A DNA stretch of 64,000 bases from positions 85,250,001 through 85,314,000 of the forward strand of contig NC_043004.1 in assembly GCF_006345805.1 (NCBI RefSeq). Reading direction: 5' to 3'. Source of the DNA: Octopus sinensis (taxonomy: Eukaryota). A model generated the notes under the pieces. It was not told where the DNA came from. It did not search any database and was given only the letters and a program-made list of their open reading frames with translations. Below are positions 52,325-64,000 of the stretch, piece after piece (within the stretch, counting starts at the first letter, position 1; every line of letters begins with the position of its first letter). Both the position numbers and the translations under genes were made by a program.

Positions 52325-53105
52325 AGAATAAAAAGCTTTGAATGGTACAACAATGCACTATAATACAAAAAAAATGGGCGACTAAATTGCTAGGTTTATA
52401 GCACAAACAATACACAATGCTTCAAGCGAACTACAATACTCTATTCCTTTGTGAATGTGGCCTCTCTACGCGCCTAGAGAAACACCCAAGTACCTCAATT
52501 TCGTCTACTTATTACTTCAGTCTACAAGAGGAATAAAGGTAGAATGAGGTATTTTTTGTCTCTTGGCTGAAACAGCTGTAAGTTATTTTCCCAATTTATA
52601 TTCCTGTATGTTATATTTTAATAATTACTGGTATCTTTATATATTAATATATTTTATATGTAAAGTATATATGTTATACATGTATGTATATTCTTGTAAT
52701 TGTCATTTTAGTTAATAAATAAATAAGTTAACGTAATATAATGTCTAAAATTTGATGGACCACCTATTGACCCCCTCCATTTTCTTATTGTTCTCTTTCT
52801 CTCTCTCTCTCTCTCTATGTATATTTATATATATGTGCGTGTGTGTGTGGGTGTGTATGTGTGCGTGTGTGTGTGTGTATGTGTGTGCTTGTTTTTACGC
52901 TCAATTTTAATTTTAAAATTTACATTAATTTGAAGGTTTACCCTATAATGTATAGAATAAAAACTTATTCTTATAAAAGAATGTTGTTGTGACTTCGTAA
53001 TTTCGGTGGGGTTAGACAATGTCAGTATATATTATTATTTTGGGTTCTGGTATCGTTCTTGTTATTATTAACGGTATTAATATTATTATTATTATTATTG
53101 AGTTA

Positions 53106-53320
53106 AGTCGGCGATCTGGTTGCATCGTTAGTGCGCCGGGTAAATGCTTTGCGGTATTTCGTCTGCTGCTACGTTTTGTGTTGAATTTCTTCTTGCGTCG
53201 ACTTTGTATTACATTCTTTCTGAGTCGATAGATTAAATACCAGTTGTGTACTAGGGTCGATCTAATCGACTGGCCCTCTCGCCGTAATTTCAGGCCTTGC
53301 GCCTAGATTAGAATGAATGT
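53106..53320 (+). mobile_element. SINE family B copy
   Basis: cggcgatctgg...gcgccgggtaaatgc...ggtcgatctaatcgactggcc. Confidence 0.7.
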
Positions 53321-53334
53321 TATTATTATCATCA

Positions 53335-53900
53335 TTATTGAGTGAGAGAGCAGTGCATGCCATCAAAGTGACACTGGGGTAAAATATACGAAGTCCAGTA
53401 TACCCATCATGACTACCCGTCTGATAAAGGTACACTAGGTACATACATCACAACCATATGTGCGCGACATGGTGATCGCGTATCAAGATAGACAGCACAT
53501 GACCTTGCAGGTAGGGCCCAGTTAGAATTTTCTTCTGGTCGAGTAAACCATCTCGCTCAATAGGTTCCTGAATAAAGGTTGTTTAAGGATGTTGAACGAA
53601 ACACCCATGTTTCCAGAGGTGAATTATTCAAACCCCAAAGAATCCCTCTCAACACATGTCTATGATGCTCCCCCACTACTTCTTCTCGTGATCAGTGATT
53701 CACATATCGTCAGCCACTAAGGGACATGCTCAACTGGTTAAGGTTAAACAACTGACAAGCAAATCTGTGGTATTGAGCAGAATATTTGCTGTAGGCCATC
53801 TTTTATACCGAGAGAAAACATTGTACAGGATAGCACTTCCAATCAGTTAAGATCAGAAGGTACGAGTGTCACTGCCTGGTACTGCATCAGGGCATTCATC
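53335..53900 (-). mobile_element. Non-coding retroposon 3' segment ending in (AAT)n; short second copy at ~53975-54055
   Basis: Both begin attattgagtgaga(g/a)agcag...ccatcaaagt(g/a)ac next to (ATT)n runs. Confidence 0.55.
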
Positions 53901-53938
53901 AATCATCATCATCATCAACATCATCATCATTATTATTA

Positions 53939-53973
<35 letters not shown>

Positions 53974-54471
53974 TATTATTATTGAGTGAGAAAGCAGCCT
54001 ATACCATCAAAGTAACCCTGAGGTTTAATTATACGGAGCCCAATTCACCCATTATATTTATTTATTGATTTTCGTTATTATCATTCACTTATATCTTGTA
54101 TATTTCTCTGTCGTTAACTTTGTAACAAGTAGGTTTTCAACCTTCTCAAATTTTACGCTTATACCGGTTAATTGCGAAACGTGCATTTGTAAAACTTGGC
54201 GTTAACTTTGAATAGCTTTGTCAAATATTTATCCACAGAATCATATACAAACATATTTTCTGTGGCCTGCGAAACTTTCATTGGTAGTGGGGCTATTTTT
54301 AATATTTGATCTTTAATTTCTATGAAAATTAAATTGTTTCTTACGAATTATATTCGTGTTTGTATGTCTATATATAGATGACTGTTTGTGTGTGAGCATG
54401 TTTCAGTAAGTGTCTGTATGTGTATATGTGTGTGTGGATGTGGATGTATTTCAAAGGCAAAATTATTAATA

Positions 54472-54872
54472 GGCGCAGGAGTGGCTGCGTGGAAACTAGC
54501 TTGCTTACGAACCGCATGGTTCCGGGTTCAGTCCCACAGCGTGGCATCTTGGGCAAGTGTCTTCTACTATAGCCTCGGGCCGAACAAAGCCTTGTGAGTG
54601 GATTTGGTAGACGGAAAAAGAAGCCCGTCGTATATATGTATATATATATGTATGGTATGGGTGTATATATGTTTGTGTGCCTGTCATCGCTTGACAACCG
54701 ATGCTAGTGTGTTTACGTCCCTGTAACTTAGCGTTTCGGCAAAAGGTATCGATAGAATAAGTATTAGACCTACAAAGAATAAGTCCTGGGGTCGATTTGC
54801 TCGATTAAACTCAGTGCTGCAGCATGGCCACAGTCAAATGACTGAAATATCTAATAGAGTAAAAGAGTAAAA
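54472..54872 (+). mobile_element. SINE family A, full length
   Basis: aggcgcaggagtggctgcgtgg...catcttgggcaagtgtcttc...catcgcttgacaaccgatg...gagtaaaagagtaaaa. Confidence 0.9.
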
Positions 54873-55084
54873 CATTTAACAGAACTGCTATCGATATCAA
54901 CATGCATTCCCTTCAGTTATTCTGTGAAGGAATTCACTGGACGCTAGTGATATTCCCGACAATTTTCTCTCTCAGTCGAATAGCCCAGATAAGAAAAATG
55001 GCAAAATATTACGACTAGTCTCACCTCTCATATCCTGAATTTATTTGAGACGTGTTGAGAGCTCAAAGAAATCAATTTCTGGAA

Positions 55085-56459
55085 ATCAAGATGTTTGCTT
55101 ATGCCTAACCAGCATGGTTTCTGCAATAGGAAGGACTCCATAACACTGCTACTGCATCATATTGATGACATTCAAAGGGCTCTGGGTGTGGGATCCAAAG
55201 AAAGTATTATATATCTTGTCTGCAGCAAGACCTTCGACAAGGTTGATCACGGATTATTATTAAAGAAACTGTCCAACATTGGATTCCGAATGTATTGAAT
55301 ATTTTCTGGGGAACAGAGCCCAGCATATGATGATTGATACTGCTCGATCAACCTCAACATGTGTTATTAGTTGAGTTCCACAAGTCAAAGTGTTGGGCCC
55401 GCTGATTTTGAATATTTACATGAATGACAATATTGATGTCATCAAACACAGCAGCATTAGAATGCCAGTTCTGAGGTCGCCCACAGGCAGGGTAGGCGCG
55501 GGACTAACCTTCCGTCGGATCTACTAGCTGTTATCCCAAGAGTGGAAAACATAATATACAGTCAAACGAGAATAAATTTGAATTAATAATCTTCAGTAAA
55601 AAGCCTGCGCTTAAGCTACCGTACACACATCCCGTGGCATCAAATACTCTTAGGAACCTCTGAGTAACTGTCGACAATAATTTAAGCAGGAGTGCCCCAC
55701 ATGAACAACAAATACGACAAGGCCCACAGGGCGTGCTCCTCGATGCTCAGGGATTTATGGTACTGCTCAACACTTTATCCTCGACCTCAGGACTATTTTG
55801 ATCCTACTCTTCTCCACCTTCGCCTGTCCTTACCTTGAAAACTATTTTCTACTGTGGTCCGCCTACAAGAAAGGAAATTTTATAAAACATGAAGCATCCA
55901 GAGATCAATCCCAAAGAAAAAAGACGGTATCACAGATCTTGATCATCGGCATCACCACAAGAAAAACCGGACGTTATTCCTCCAATGCCTCTGCGGATGG
56001 TATATCATTTGTATGAAGTAGAAGATATCCCAACAGTCTTACAAAAGGATTTTGGCATCAACTTCAAAATTCATCAACGCTTAGATCACAGGTGCTATCC
56101 ATGCTTTAGAAAAATTGCTTGCATACCATCGAAATGGTAAGACAAAACTACTTCACGTCAACTGGCTCCTGATTTTTTTAACATCATGCAAAGGCGCACA
56201 AGAGCTGAAAACGGTCTCATAGCATTCGAACGGGTCATGGATGAATACTTCCCACAAATTCCAGACAAAACACCTAGACCCGGATTATATCATTTAAACA
56301 ATCATTCAATTTGCATCGGTTATCGTGCCCAAAGACTGACTGTAAAATATGAGACGGCAAGAAATGTCATTCCCATTTTTGCAGATGGTGCAATTAATTT
56401 GGTAGTAATTAGCTATGGCTTGCGTCAACTTTGGTCGAAACTTATCGAAATGCCTAAGC

Positions 56460-56460
<1 letters not shown>
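55085..56460 (+). mobile_element. Older degenerate CR1-like LINE remnant related to 24470-26668
   Basis: PNQHGFCNRKDSITLLLHHIDDIQRALG..SKTFDKVDHGLLLKKLSNIG; 3' end cagatggtgcaattaa...ttggtcgaaac mirrors caggtggtgctattaa...ttggtcgaaac. Confidence 0.8.
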
Positions 56461-56549
<89 letters not shown>

Positions 56550-56864
56550 CACATATATATATATATATATATATATACACATTTATATCTGCGTATACAC
56601 GCACAAACAAACACCATATATATATTTAGGTAGATAGAGAGATATATATATACATACATACAACATACATAAATACATACATACTCACACGCATACATAT
56701 CTATATATGAGCGCGCGTGTGTGTATGTATATATCCTTAGACACAAACATGCATGTATATATATCTATGTATGTTTCTATTTCTGTATTTATGTGTGTAT
56801 AATATACATATGTGTATATAACGCAAGTTTCTTTAATTTTTTATCAGATGGTACAATGTCGTTT

Positions 56865-57310
56865 ATTGATATGCGTCAACTAAATTTTGCGACAGTAACC
56901 GCTTTGAATTTGTTTGATTTCATTTTACTATCTGACGATTACATAATGCAAAATTCAAATGTTACCAAATTAAAGGAATGTCAATGTAATTGTATTCATT
57001 GGCATTTAAAAGTTAGAATGGAGATTCTAATCTGACGGAAATAAAGTGGATTAAAATACACGTAGGAATGAGACAAAATTTGAATCAGCATGATCTAGTA
57101 AATTTGGTAGGTGTGCAAATTTAATCTATTAAATTTAATGTGAATGTGTAACTAGTTGTCAAAATGTTACCTAGAGAGAAATAAACTTAGAGTAACTTAA
57201 TATTTGCTTGTTTTAAAATAAAATACAATGTTGCAAGTACTGTAATTAAGTAAATGTATTTAATGTTTAAACGTTAGTTGCGTCTTAGATTAATTAATTG
57301 AAAATAAAAT
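56865..57310 (+). repeat. AT-rich ~450-bp block paralogous to 60615-61060
   Basis: Shared collinear motifs tatct(g/a)acgattacataa, aaaggaatgt, atctgacggaa, taactagttgt, aatgttaccta, gagaaataaac. Confidence 0.75.
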
Positions 57311-57364
57311 AATGTAAAACACGACTTTCTGAGTTCAATCAGACCATTAATTAATGGGTTATGG

Positions 57365-57745
57365 AAGCACTCCGTCGGTTACGACGACGAGGGTTCCGGT
57401 TGATCCGAATCAACGGAACAGCCTGTTCGTGAAATTAACGTGTAAGTGACTGAGCACTCCACAGACACGTGCACCCTTAACGTAGTTCTCGGGGATATTC
57501 AGCGTGACACAGAGAGTGACAAGGCCGGCCCCTTGAAATACAGGTACAACAGAAACAGGAAGTAAGAGTGAGAGAAAGTTGTGGTGAAAGAGTACAGCAG
57601 GGATCACCACCATCCCCTGCTGGAGCACATGTAGCTTTTAGGTGTTTTCGCTCAATAAACACTCACAACGCCCGGTCCGGGAATCGAAACCGCAATCCTA
57701 TGACCGCGAGTCCGCTGCCCTAACCACTGGGCCATTGCGCCTCCA
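57365..57745 (-). mobile_element. SINE family C, tail type 3
   Basis: Head ggaggcgcaatggcccagtgg; tail ...gaatatccccgagaactacgttaaggg...cgtcgtaaccgacggagtgc. Confidence 0.88.
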
Positions 57746-57939
57746 CACATTAATTAATAATACAGTTATAAATACAAAGTATGTGGCTGTTATCGAAAAT
57801 TTTATTAAATATGAGTGTCGTTATGTGTTAATCTTACATCTTTTACTTGCATCATTCACTGGGCTTCGACCATGCTGGGGCACCGCCTTAAACTTTTTAG
57901 CCGATCCGTCCGTCGTTTGCTGAACATAACAACAGGAGG

Positions 57940-58130
57940 CGGAGGCGCAATGGCCTAGTGGTTAGGGCAGCATACGCGCGGTCGTAATAATGCGGTTTCG
58001 GTTCCCAGACCGGGATTATGACTGTTTATTGAGCAAAAACACCTAAGCTCCACGATTTTCCGGCGGGTGGGGGTGAACCCCGCTGTACTCTTGCACCACA
58101 AATTTCTCTCACTTTTTCTTCCTACTTCTG
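57940..58130 (+). mobile_element. SINE family C, 3'-truncated
   Basis: ggaggcgcaatggcctagtggttagggcagc...gctgtactcttgcaccacaa. Confidence 0.75.
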
Positions 58131-58620
58131 CCACAAAGCAGAACGACTATGGTGTGGTAAACTTTCAGACCCTAGTCTAGATTGCGAATCCTCTGTACTC
58201 CAGGATAGTTCTGCTCTCCACCCGTTAAAGCCACCGTTTACAGAATAAGGATAACAACATAGCTTTCGCGCCCGTGCAACCGCCAGACGATCGCACGTGG
58301 TGGGTGCATCTTGAAGTTGCTACACGCATTCTTAGTAGTTAGAGTAGGCTCGAATTAGAGATTATTTATTCTTTGGGGCTATTGACATGAGTCCTGATTA
58401 GAAGAAGAAGAAGAAGAAGAAGAAGAAGAAGAAGAAGCAACAGCAGGAACCAAGCACGTGCAAGGGCGCACACATACACATGCACGCACACACGTATGAA
58501 TATCACATTTATATACACACACAATTACTTACATTCATACATACATATATACATCCATTGTGTGTATTAGTATGCGTGTGTGTGAGGGTAAATTTTCCAA
58601 ATAAAGAAATTATACACATG

Positions 58621-58838
58621 TATGAGGAGATGCTGAAAAATTTTTGACTTTTAGGGTGTCGCGAAAGACCTGCTTAGAGGTCCAAATATCTGAGTTCTTT
58701 TTACAGCTCTTAGAAAAATTGAAAGGCCGCCGCAATAACGGTATGAATTTGAGAGAGGCAAGCATTAAACAAAATCATAAACAACTTATCCTTCTGTATA
58801 TTCTTTTACTCAAAGCCAGGAACTTTTCAACATCCTAT
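58621..58838. mobile_element. Small mariner-like MITE
   Basis: Imperfect TIRs tatgaggagatgctgaaaaatttttgactt / aagccaggaacttttcaacatcctata; no coding capacity. Confidence 0.55.
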
Positions 58839-59144
58839 ATTAATATGATTTTGTCATATACTTCAACAATTAAACGCTTTTAGCCGCAAAACTCAAAAAA
58901 TATATATACTAAAACCTTTAGCTATACAAAACCCTTGAATCAAAATTTACTTCCATCCTTTTCACTTTAGCTACATATGTTTATCTATATTATATTTGCT
59001 TAATTTATCTTAAGAATACTTCAGTTGAAGTATGATGGGAGAACATTTATTCTGTGAAAACGTATCTTTGTATTTGTTTTGTTTATTGTTTTTCATACCT
59101 ATAAACACATTGAATAAAATTATTCCTCACTTATGTTAAAATGT

Positions 59145-59570
59145 GAAACGTGACTCTTCGTCAAGGAACTTAATTTTCAACGTCATGGTTCCGGGTTCAT
59201 TACCAATGTGTAATACCTTGGGCAATTATTTTCCATTATAGGCTCTGACCGACCAAAGCCTTGAGAGTAGGTGTAGAAGACGGAATCTGAAAGAATCCTG
59301 CCGTGTGCGTGTGTTGTGTGTGTGTGTGTGTGTGTGTGTTTGTGTGTGTATATTTATACGTATATTTGTTCTGCTTATCATCACACCATCGCTTGACAAC
59401 TCGTGCTAGAGTTTTTACGTCCCCGTAAGTTGGCGGTTCGCTGGAAGAAATCGATAAAGTACCAATCTTGAAAAATTTAGTGGTGGGGCGATTCATTCGA
59501 GTATATAAATTCTAAGGTGGTTCCACATGGCGGAATTGCAATGCCTGAAACAAGTAAAAGATAAAAGATA
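59145..59570 (+). mobile_element. Degenerate SINE family A
   Basis: catggttccgggttc...accttgggcaa...catcgcttgacaac...gaaacaagtaaaagataaaaga. Confidence 0.75.
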
Positions 59571-60004
59571 GCAGAAGGCAATCTTTATATCCAACTTAAT
59601 ATGGATATCTTCTTAGAAAACCGAATACTGCGTTATTAGCTTTGAGATATACTCACATATTGGTTGTGTGTGCATAAGCCACACACACAGATCGTAACAG
59701 ATCTCTCATGGACGCAAGATTTCATATGTCACGTGATTTCATTCTATCGGAAATCATCAGTGGAAAACATCCGGTCACCGCATGACTCTCAAATCTCGTT
59801 ACCAGGCTATATTGAACATCAGCATCTTTTGTGGGTACTGATGACGTAAATAGCCAACAGGCTTATTTAGAAATATATATTTGCTATGGTAGCAGTATTA
59901 TTAATACAAAAATGTAATTTCTATGTCAAGATTTACATGGATGTCTCGTTCGGACACCTTTTTTTAGACTACGTTATTAGATTTGAGAGATACCTTCAGG
60001 AATG

Positions 60005-60545
60005 TATTGGATTGTTCAGAGAGTTCGTGCCGATTTATAGTAGCTTACATTTCGACTTATTTTAGAACATGGTTGAGTCCATGAAATAGGATTCGACTAC
60101 ACATCCATTTAGAACAGAGTTTAAGCTACCTTTTCGTGGAAGAAGGTTTATGTTCCTATAACCTGTATTAATTCTGTAACCCTTGAAAATGGAACATAAG
60201 GAAGTTACAAGGTAGTTCATTTTCGGTACTTGATGCTTTAGGAACCAGACAAAAATTGCTGCTGCTCGGTTGGGATGTTTTACCCTCTCCCCTCCATATT
60301 CACCAGATAGTCTTAATGGTAAAAATTTCAATTCCTTGGATGACATAAAAAGATACCTTGATGAATTATTTGCCATGAAACCACCTCAAATCTTGAAAGG
60401 AGATATTTTCAAATTAAAGGAAATATAGAGACACATTGAGTAACAAAATGGTTCAAATTTGCTTGATTAAAAATGTAATGGCAAGTATATATTGACCGTT
60501 TTCTTTCCTTTAAAAATCGGCACCAACTTTCCGGACAGCCCAATA
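60005..60545 (+). mobile_element. Internally deleted mariner (DD34D-type) element
   Basis: TIRs tattggattgttcagagagttcgtgccgattt / aaatcggcaccaactttccggacagcccaata; residual coding TRQKLL.LGWDVL..PPYSPD..LNGKNFNSLDDIKRYLDE.FAMKPP. Confidence 0.8.
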
Positions 60546-60614
60546 CTTGGCGCATAAAAGCACACACATCGATTTGTGAAAACATTCAGTTCGGCGAATC
60601 GTATCACGTCGCTA

Positions 60615-61060
60615 CTGATAGGCGTAAGTAAATTTTGTTGCATTAAAAACTTCGGTATTAGTTTGATTTAATTTCATTATCTAACGATTACATAACGATC
60701 GCATAATGCAAAACGCAAATGATACCAAATCAAAGGAATGTGAGTTGAAGTGCATTATTCTCACTTAAATTATTATCTGACGGAACTAAAGTCGGTTAAA
60801 ATAGATGCAGGAACAAAATTAAATTCAAATTTGCATGTTCTGTTAAATTTGCTTAGTGAGTGGAATTAATCTATAAGATTTTAAGCGAATGAATAACTAG
60901 TTGTACTAATGTTACCTACCGAGAAATAAACGCAGAGTTACTTAACACTTGGTTGTTTTAAGATAAAATTCTATGTTGCCTGTACTATAATTAAATAAAC
61001 ACAATTAATCTTTGGACATTAGTTGTGAGCTAATTTAATTAATTAACTTAAAATATAAAT
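60615..61060 (+). repeat. AT-rich block paralogous to 56865-57310
   Basis: See partner block. Confidence 0.75.
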
Positions 61061-61849
61061 TAGTAGAAAATGAGTTTCTTAGGTCAATCAGATTGTTAAT
61101 TAACTGAAGAAGAATAATAATTAAGAAGTATGTTGCTGTTATCGAATAGTTTACTTGATACAGGTCTATTTGTATGATGTTAACTTTTTTCATTGATTTC
61201 CAATTTTGGCAGAAGGCCAACCATTTCGTGGAATGGGATTAGTCGATTACATCGACGCTAATGTTCATCTAGTACTTATTTATTGACCCCGAAAGAATGA
61301 AGGGCCAAGTTGACCAAGAGGGAATTGATTATACAGAAATTTAAATCGTCTGGATTGTTCTAAAATTTCTGTAGGCAAGTCGAAAACATATTTCCAGTGA
61401 CGATTGAAATGTAGAACATGAATGACGTAGATTCAGAGGATTCTGAGGAAAGGGTTTTTCGTTGTTACTGTCTAATTTCCCAAATGTTTCTATTGGTTTA
61501 AAACGTTCGCTTACAACGTTCTCATTGCTCCGCGGAATTTGAACTCTGAACGTAAGCACGGACGAAATGCCGACAAGAATTTTGCCCGGGCTGCTCTCGA
61601 CTCTACGAGCTCACTGCCTTCGTATAGTTTATATTGGTTTCAAATTATGGCAGAAGACCAGCAATTTCAGGGATAGAAATAAATCGATTACGCCGAGCTC
61701 TGTCTTCAACTGGTATTTGTTTTATCGAACCCAGAATTATGAAATACAGAGCCAAATGCTTCCGACTCTGCCAGTTCGCCGCCTTCGTAAATGTTTATAT
61801 TAAAAGAGTTTTAAATAAATAAATGCGCCCTTTTAAAGCTTAACCAGGC

Positions 61850-62070
61850 TCATGGGCCCGCTTTCCCGGTTTCAATGGCGTATGTTTTCCCTAGCTGGAC
61901 GGGACGCCAGTCCATCGCAGCTCTACTCATTTTTACCAGCTGAGTGGACTGGAGCAACGTGAAATGAAGTGTTTTTCTCAAGAACACAATGTGTCGACCG
62001 TTCCAGGAATCGAAGCCACGATCTTACCACCATGATGCTGACACCCTAACCACTAAGCCACGCACCTCCA
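61850..62070 (-). mobile_element. tRNA-head SINE with a different body but the type-1 tail of family C
   Basis: Minus head ggaggtgcgtggcttagtggttagggtgtcagc; tail gatggactggcgtcccgtccagc...gggcccatgagcctgg. Confidence 0.8.
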
Positions 62071-62519
62071 TAAAAGTGTTTTAGGTCGCATTAAAATATC
62101 ACAGCGTTGTAAGATATTCATTTCTTCTTGCATTTATAGATGCGTGTTGTTAACATATTCTTCCAAATAATTAGTTGTCAAACTCATTTACGTATTGCCC
62201 ATTTTCCTCCATGAACTAATTACTGGAACTCAGAGAGAAATAAATGTATTCCACTTAAAGATTGGCTAGACTGAAACTATGTGAAATGGTAGTCCTGTTA
62301 GCGGCGAGGGTGGTACATTTATCTTCAGCTAGGGATATAAATATGAGAGCTTATTTGCATCACAATTCCGTATGAGAGGTTCCCTCATGCAAACTATCGC
62401 AGCATTATGGGTTCTAATTAAAAAAAAATAACGCCCATTTTCAAGTGAGAATAAATATTATCTTTTGACCTTAATACTGCTTATGTGTCCACTAAGTAAT
62501 ATATATCTTACACCTTGTT

Positions 62520-62700
62520 TTCTTCTTTTACTTTGGCCATGTCTGGGCACCGCGTTGAAAGGAATTTAGTCCAGCAAATTGACCCCTCCCCCCAGAGACT
62601 TTTTAAAGCCTGGTACTAATTCTATCGATTTCTTTAGCTGAACCGCTAAGTTATAGGGACATAAACAAACAGAACTGGTCGTCAAATGGTAGTGGAAGGA
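62520..62700 (-). mobile_element. Degenerate SINE family A tail
   Basis: ggccatgtctgggcaccgc...gaaccgctaagttat. Confidence 0.6.
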
Positions 62701-62746
62701 GAAACGCAGGCACGAAAACACAGAAATAAAGATACACTCACACACA

Positions 62747-62782
<36 letters not shown>

Positions 62783-62790
62783 ACACACAT

Positions 62791-62824
<34 letters not shown>

Positions 62825-62866
62825 GTATGTATGTACGTATGTATATGCACATACACACATACACAA

Positions 62867-62894
<28 letters not shown>

Positions 62895-62902
<8 letters not shown>

Positions 62903-63260
62903 TCCCTAAGCAGATGCTATATGGGGAACTTGGAAATAGAAAGGGACCTCGGTAGAAACTAAGTCTGCGATTTAAGGAATGTATTAAATCCTTATTAAAG
63001 GCCTATGATATGCAGGTGATTGACTGATAGAACAATGCCAGTCATTTTCACAGATGGACGAAGCAGGTTAAGGAGGGGTCGGAACTTTTAAAAGAGCACG
63101 TATTCAGCATGAAGAAAGCATGCTGCTCAAAAGCGCACTGCAGTTGTAGTGAATGGGGAAAGCTTGGATTGCAATGTTTGCACTTGTGTATGCTTGTAAA
63201 GAGTAGGGCTCATTAACAACCAACGGAGCCGCAAATGCAAAATACAAATTAGTCCTAGAA
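62895..63260 (+). mobile_element. RTE-clade LINE 3' coding remnant
   Basis: FPKQMLYGEL..RKGPR..LRFKECIKSLLK..RW..VKEG..CNVC..C..RVGLINNQR, the typical RTE C-terminal pattern, with stops. Confidence 0.75.
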
Positions 63261-63759
63261 CGCACAATGTTCTTGAAGGTCAGTAATGGTCATCCTCCAT
63301 CACGAGTGGACGGCCCTGATCGCTCCAATACTCCAAGACGTCTGAAGTGGATTTGGTATTAATCTTTATTTTGTACAACGGACGTTTCTACACATCCTGC
63401 TACTGTTCCTTATGGGTGGAACTCCTTTCACCATGTTGTGTTGCATCAATTTTGCAGTATGTGTTTTATCAGTGATACATATTCATACAGGTCTGGTTTT
63501 CACTAAAGTTCCTGAGGTTTGGCTGTGAAGTTGTTATGTGCCCGTCTTTCAATAAAAGTTGCAAATACTTCTAATTTTAAACAAATAGTCGCAAGGGTAG
63601 CTATGTGGTAAGTAATTTGCATACCCGACATAGTGTTTGTCAGTTACTTCCGTGAAAGAGAACAGTCAAGACGTGCTGTGAAGCCGTCCTGAAAAATTGA
63701 AAGATTTGACGTACGAGCACAGGTAAGGCATTTGTCTTATTTGGGAGCTCAGTGGGGGT

Positions 63760-64000
63760 TGTTGCTTATATTGAATTATTTTTTTCCAACAAGGGTCTCC
63801 ACCGTGTTCCAGGCATTTGTCTGCCAGTTGTACTTTATAGTGAGAATTGTGTTTGATTTAGGAGGCGTATCCCCTCCCAAAAAATTTTGTTTTGAAAATT
63901 GTCTATGCCTGGGATATTACGTTGGATTTAACACCGTGGATTACCATTTGAAACAGAAGAAAATAGAATTTTCGCTGCAACTTCAATAAGTGGATTACTT
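63760..64000 (-). mobile_element. Possible decayed RT start of an R4-like LINE
   Basis: PGIDNFQNKIFW...QMPG resembles the K.PG.D.I.NFW motif; weak and truncated by the window edge. Confidence 0.25.

Overview
AT-rich, repeat-dominated eukaryotic DNA. The SINE repertoire (tRNA-head SINEs resembling, from memory, octopus OR1/OR2 and Meta-type families) and the microsatellite load point to an octopod cephalopod genome; this is an inference. I recognise no host protein-coding gene. The largest feature is an apparently full-length Tx1-group (L1 clade) non-LTR retrotransposon on the minus strand (~27966-34050), with a CCHC-knuckle ORF1 and an APE-RT-CCHC ORF2. A tandem pair of 5'-truncated copies lies at 6310-9350, and every end of these copies abuts (GATA)n, which suggests microsatellite targeting. 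Other mobile elements: two CR1-like LINE remnants, Penelope-like (GIY-YIG) fragments, RLE-type (R4/NeSL-like) fragments, an RTE tail, DD37D maT and DD34D mariner derivatives, a Tigger-like MITE and about 30 SINE copies or fragments. The most unexpected signal is a set of short elements inside (TA)n or other simple repeats. Several are fold-back or palindromic and carry minimal type-I hammerhead-ribozyme-like motifs with palindromic helix III, and one is a ~380-bp retrozyme-like unit. Many single-base indels suggest long-read consensus errors, so some frameshifts and the zero-spacer palindrome need checking against reads.
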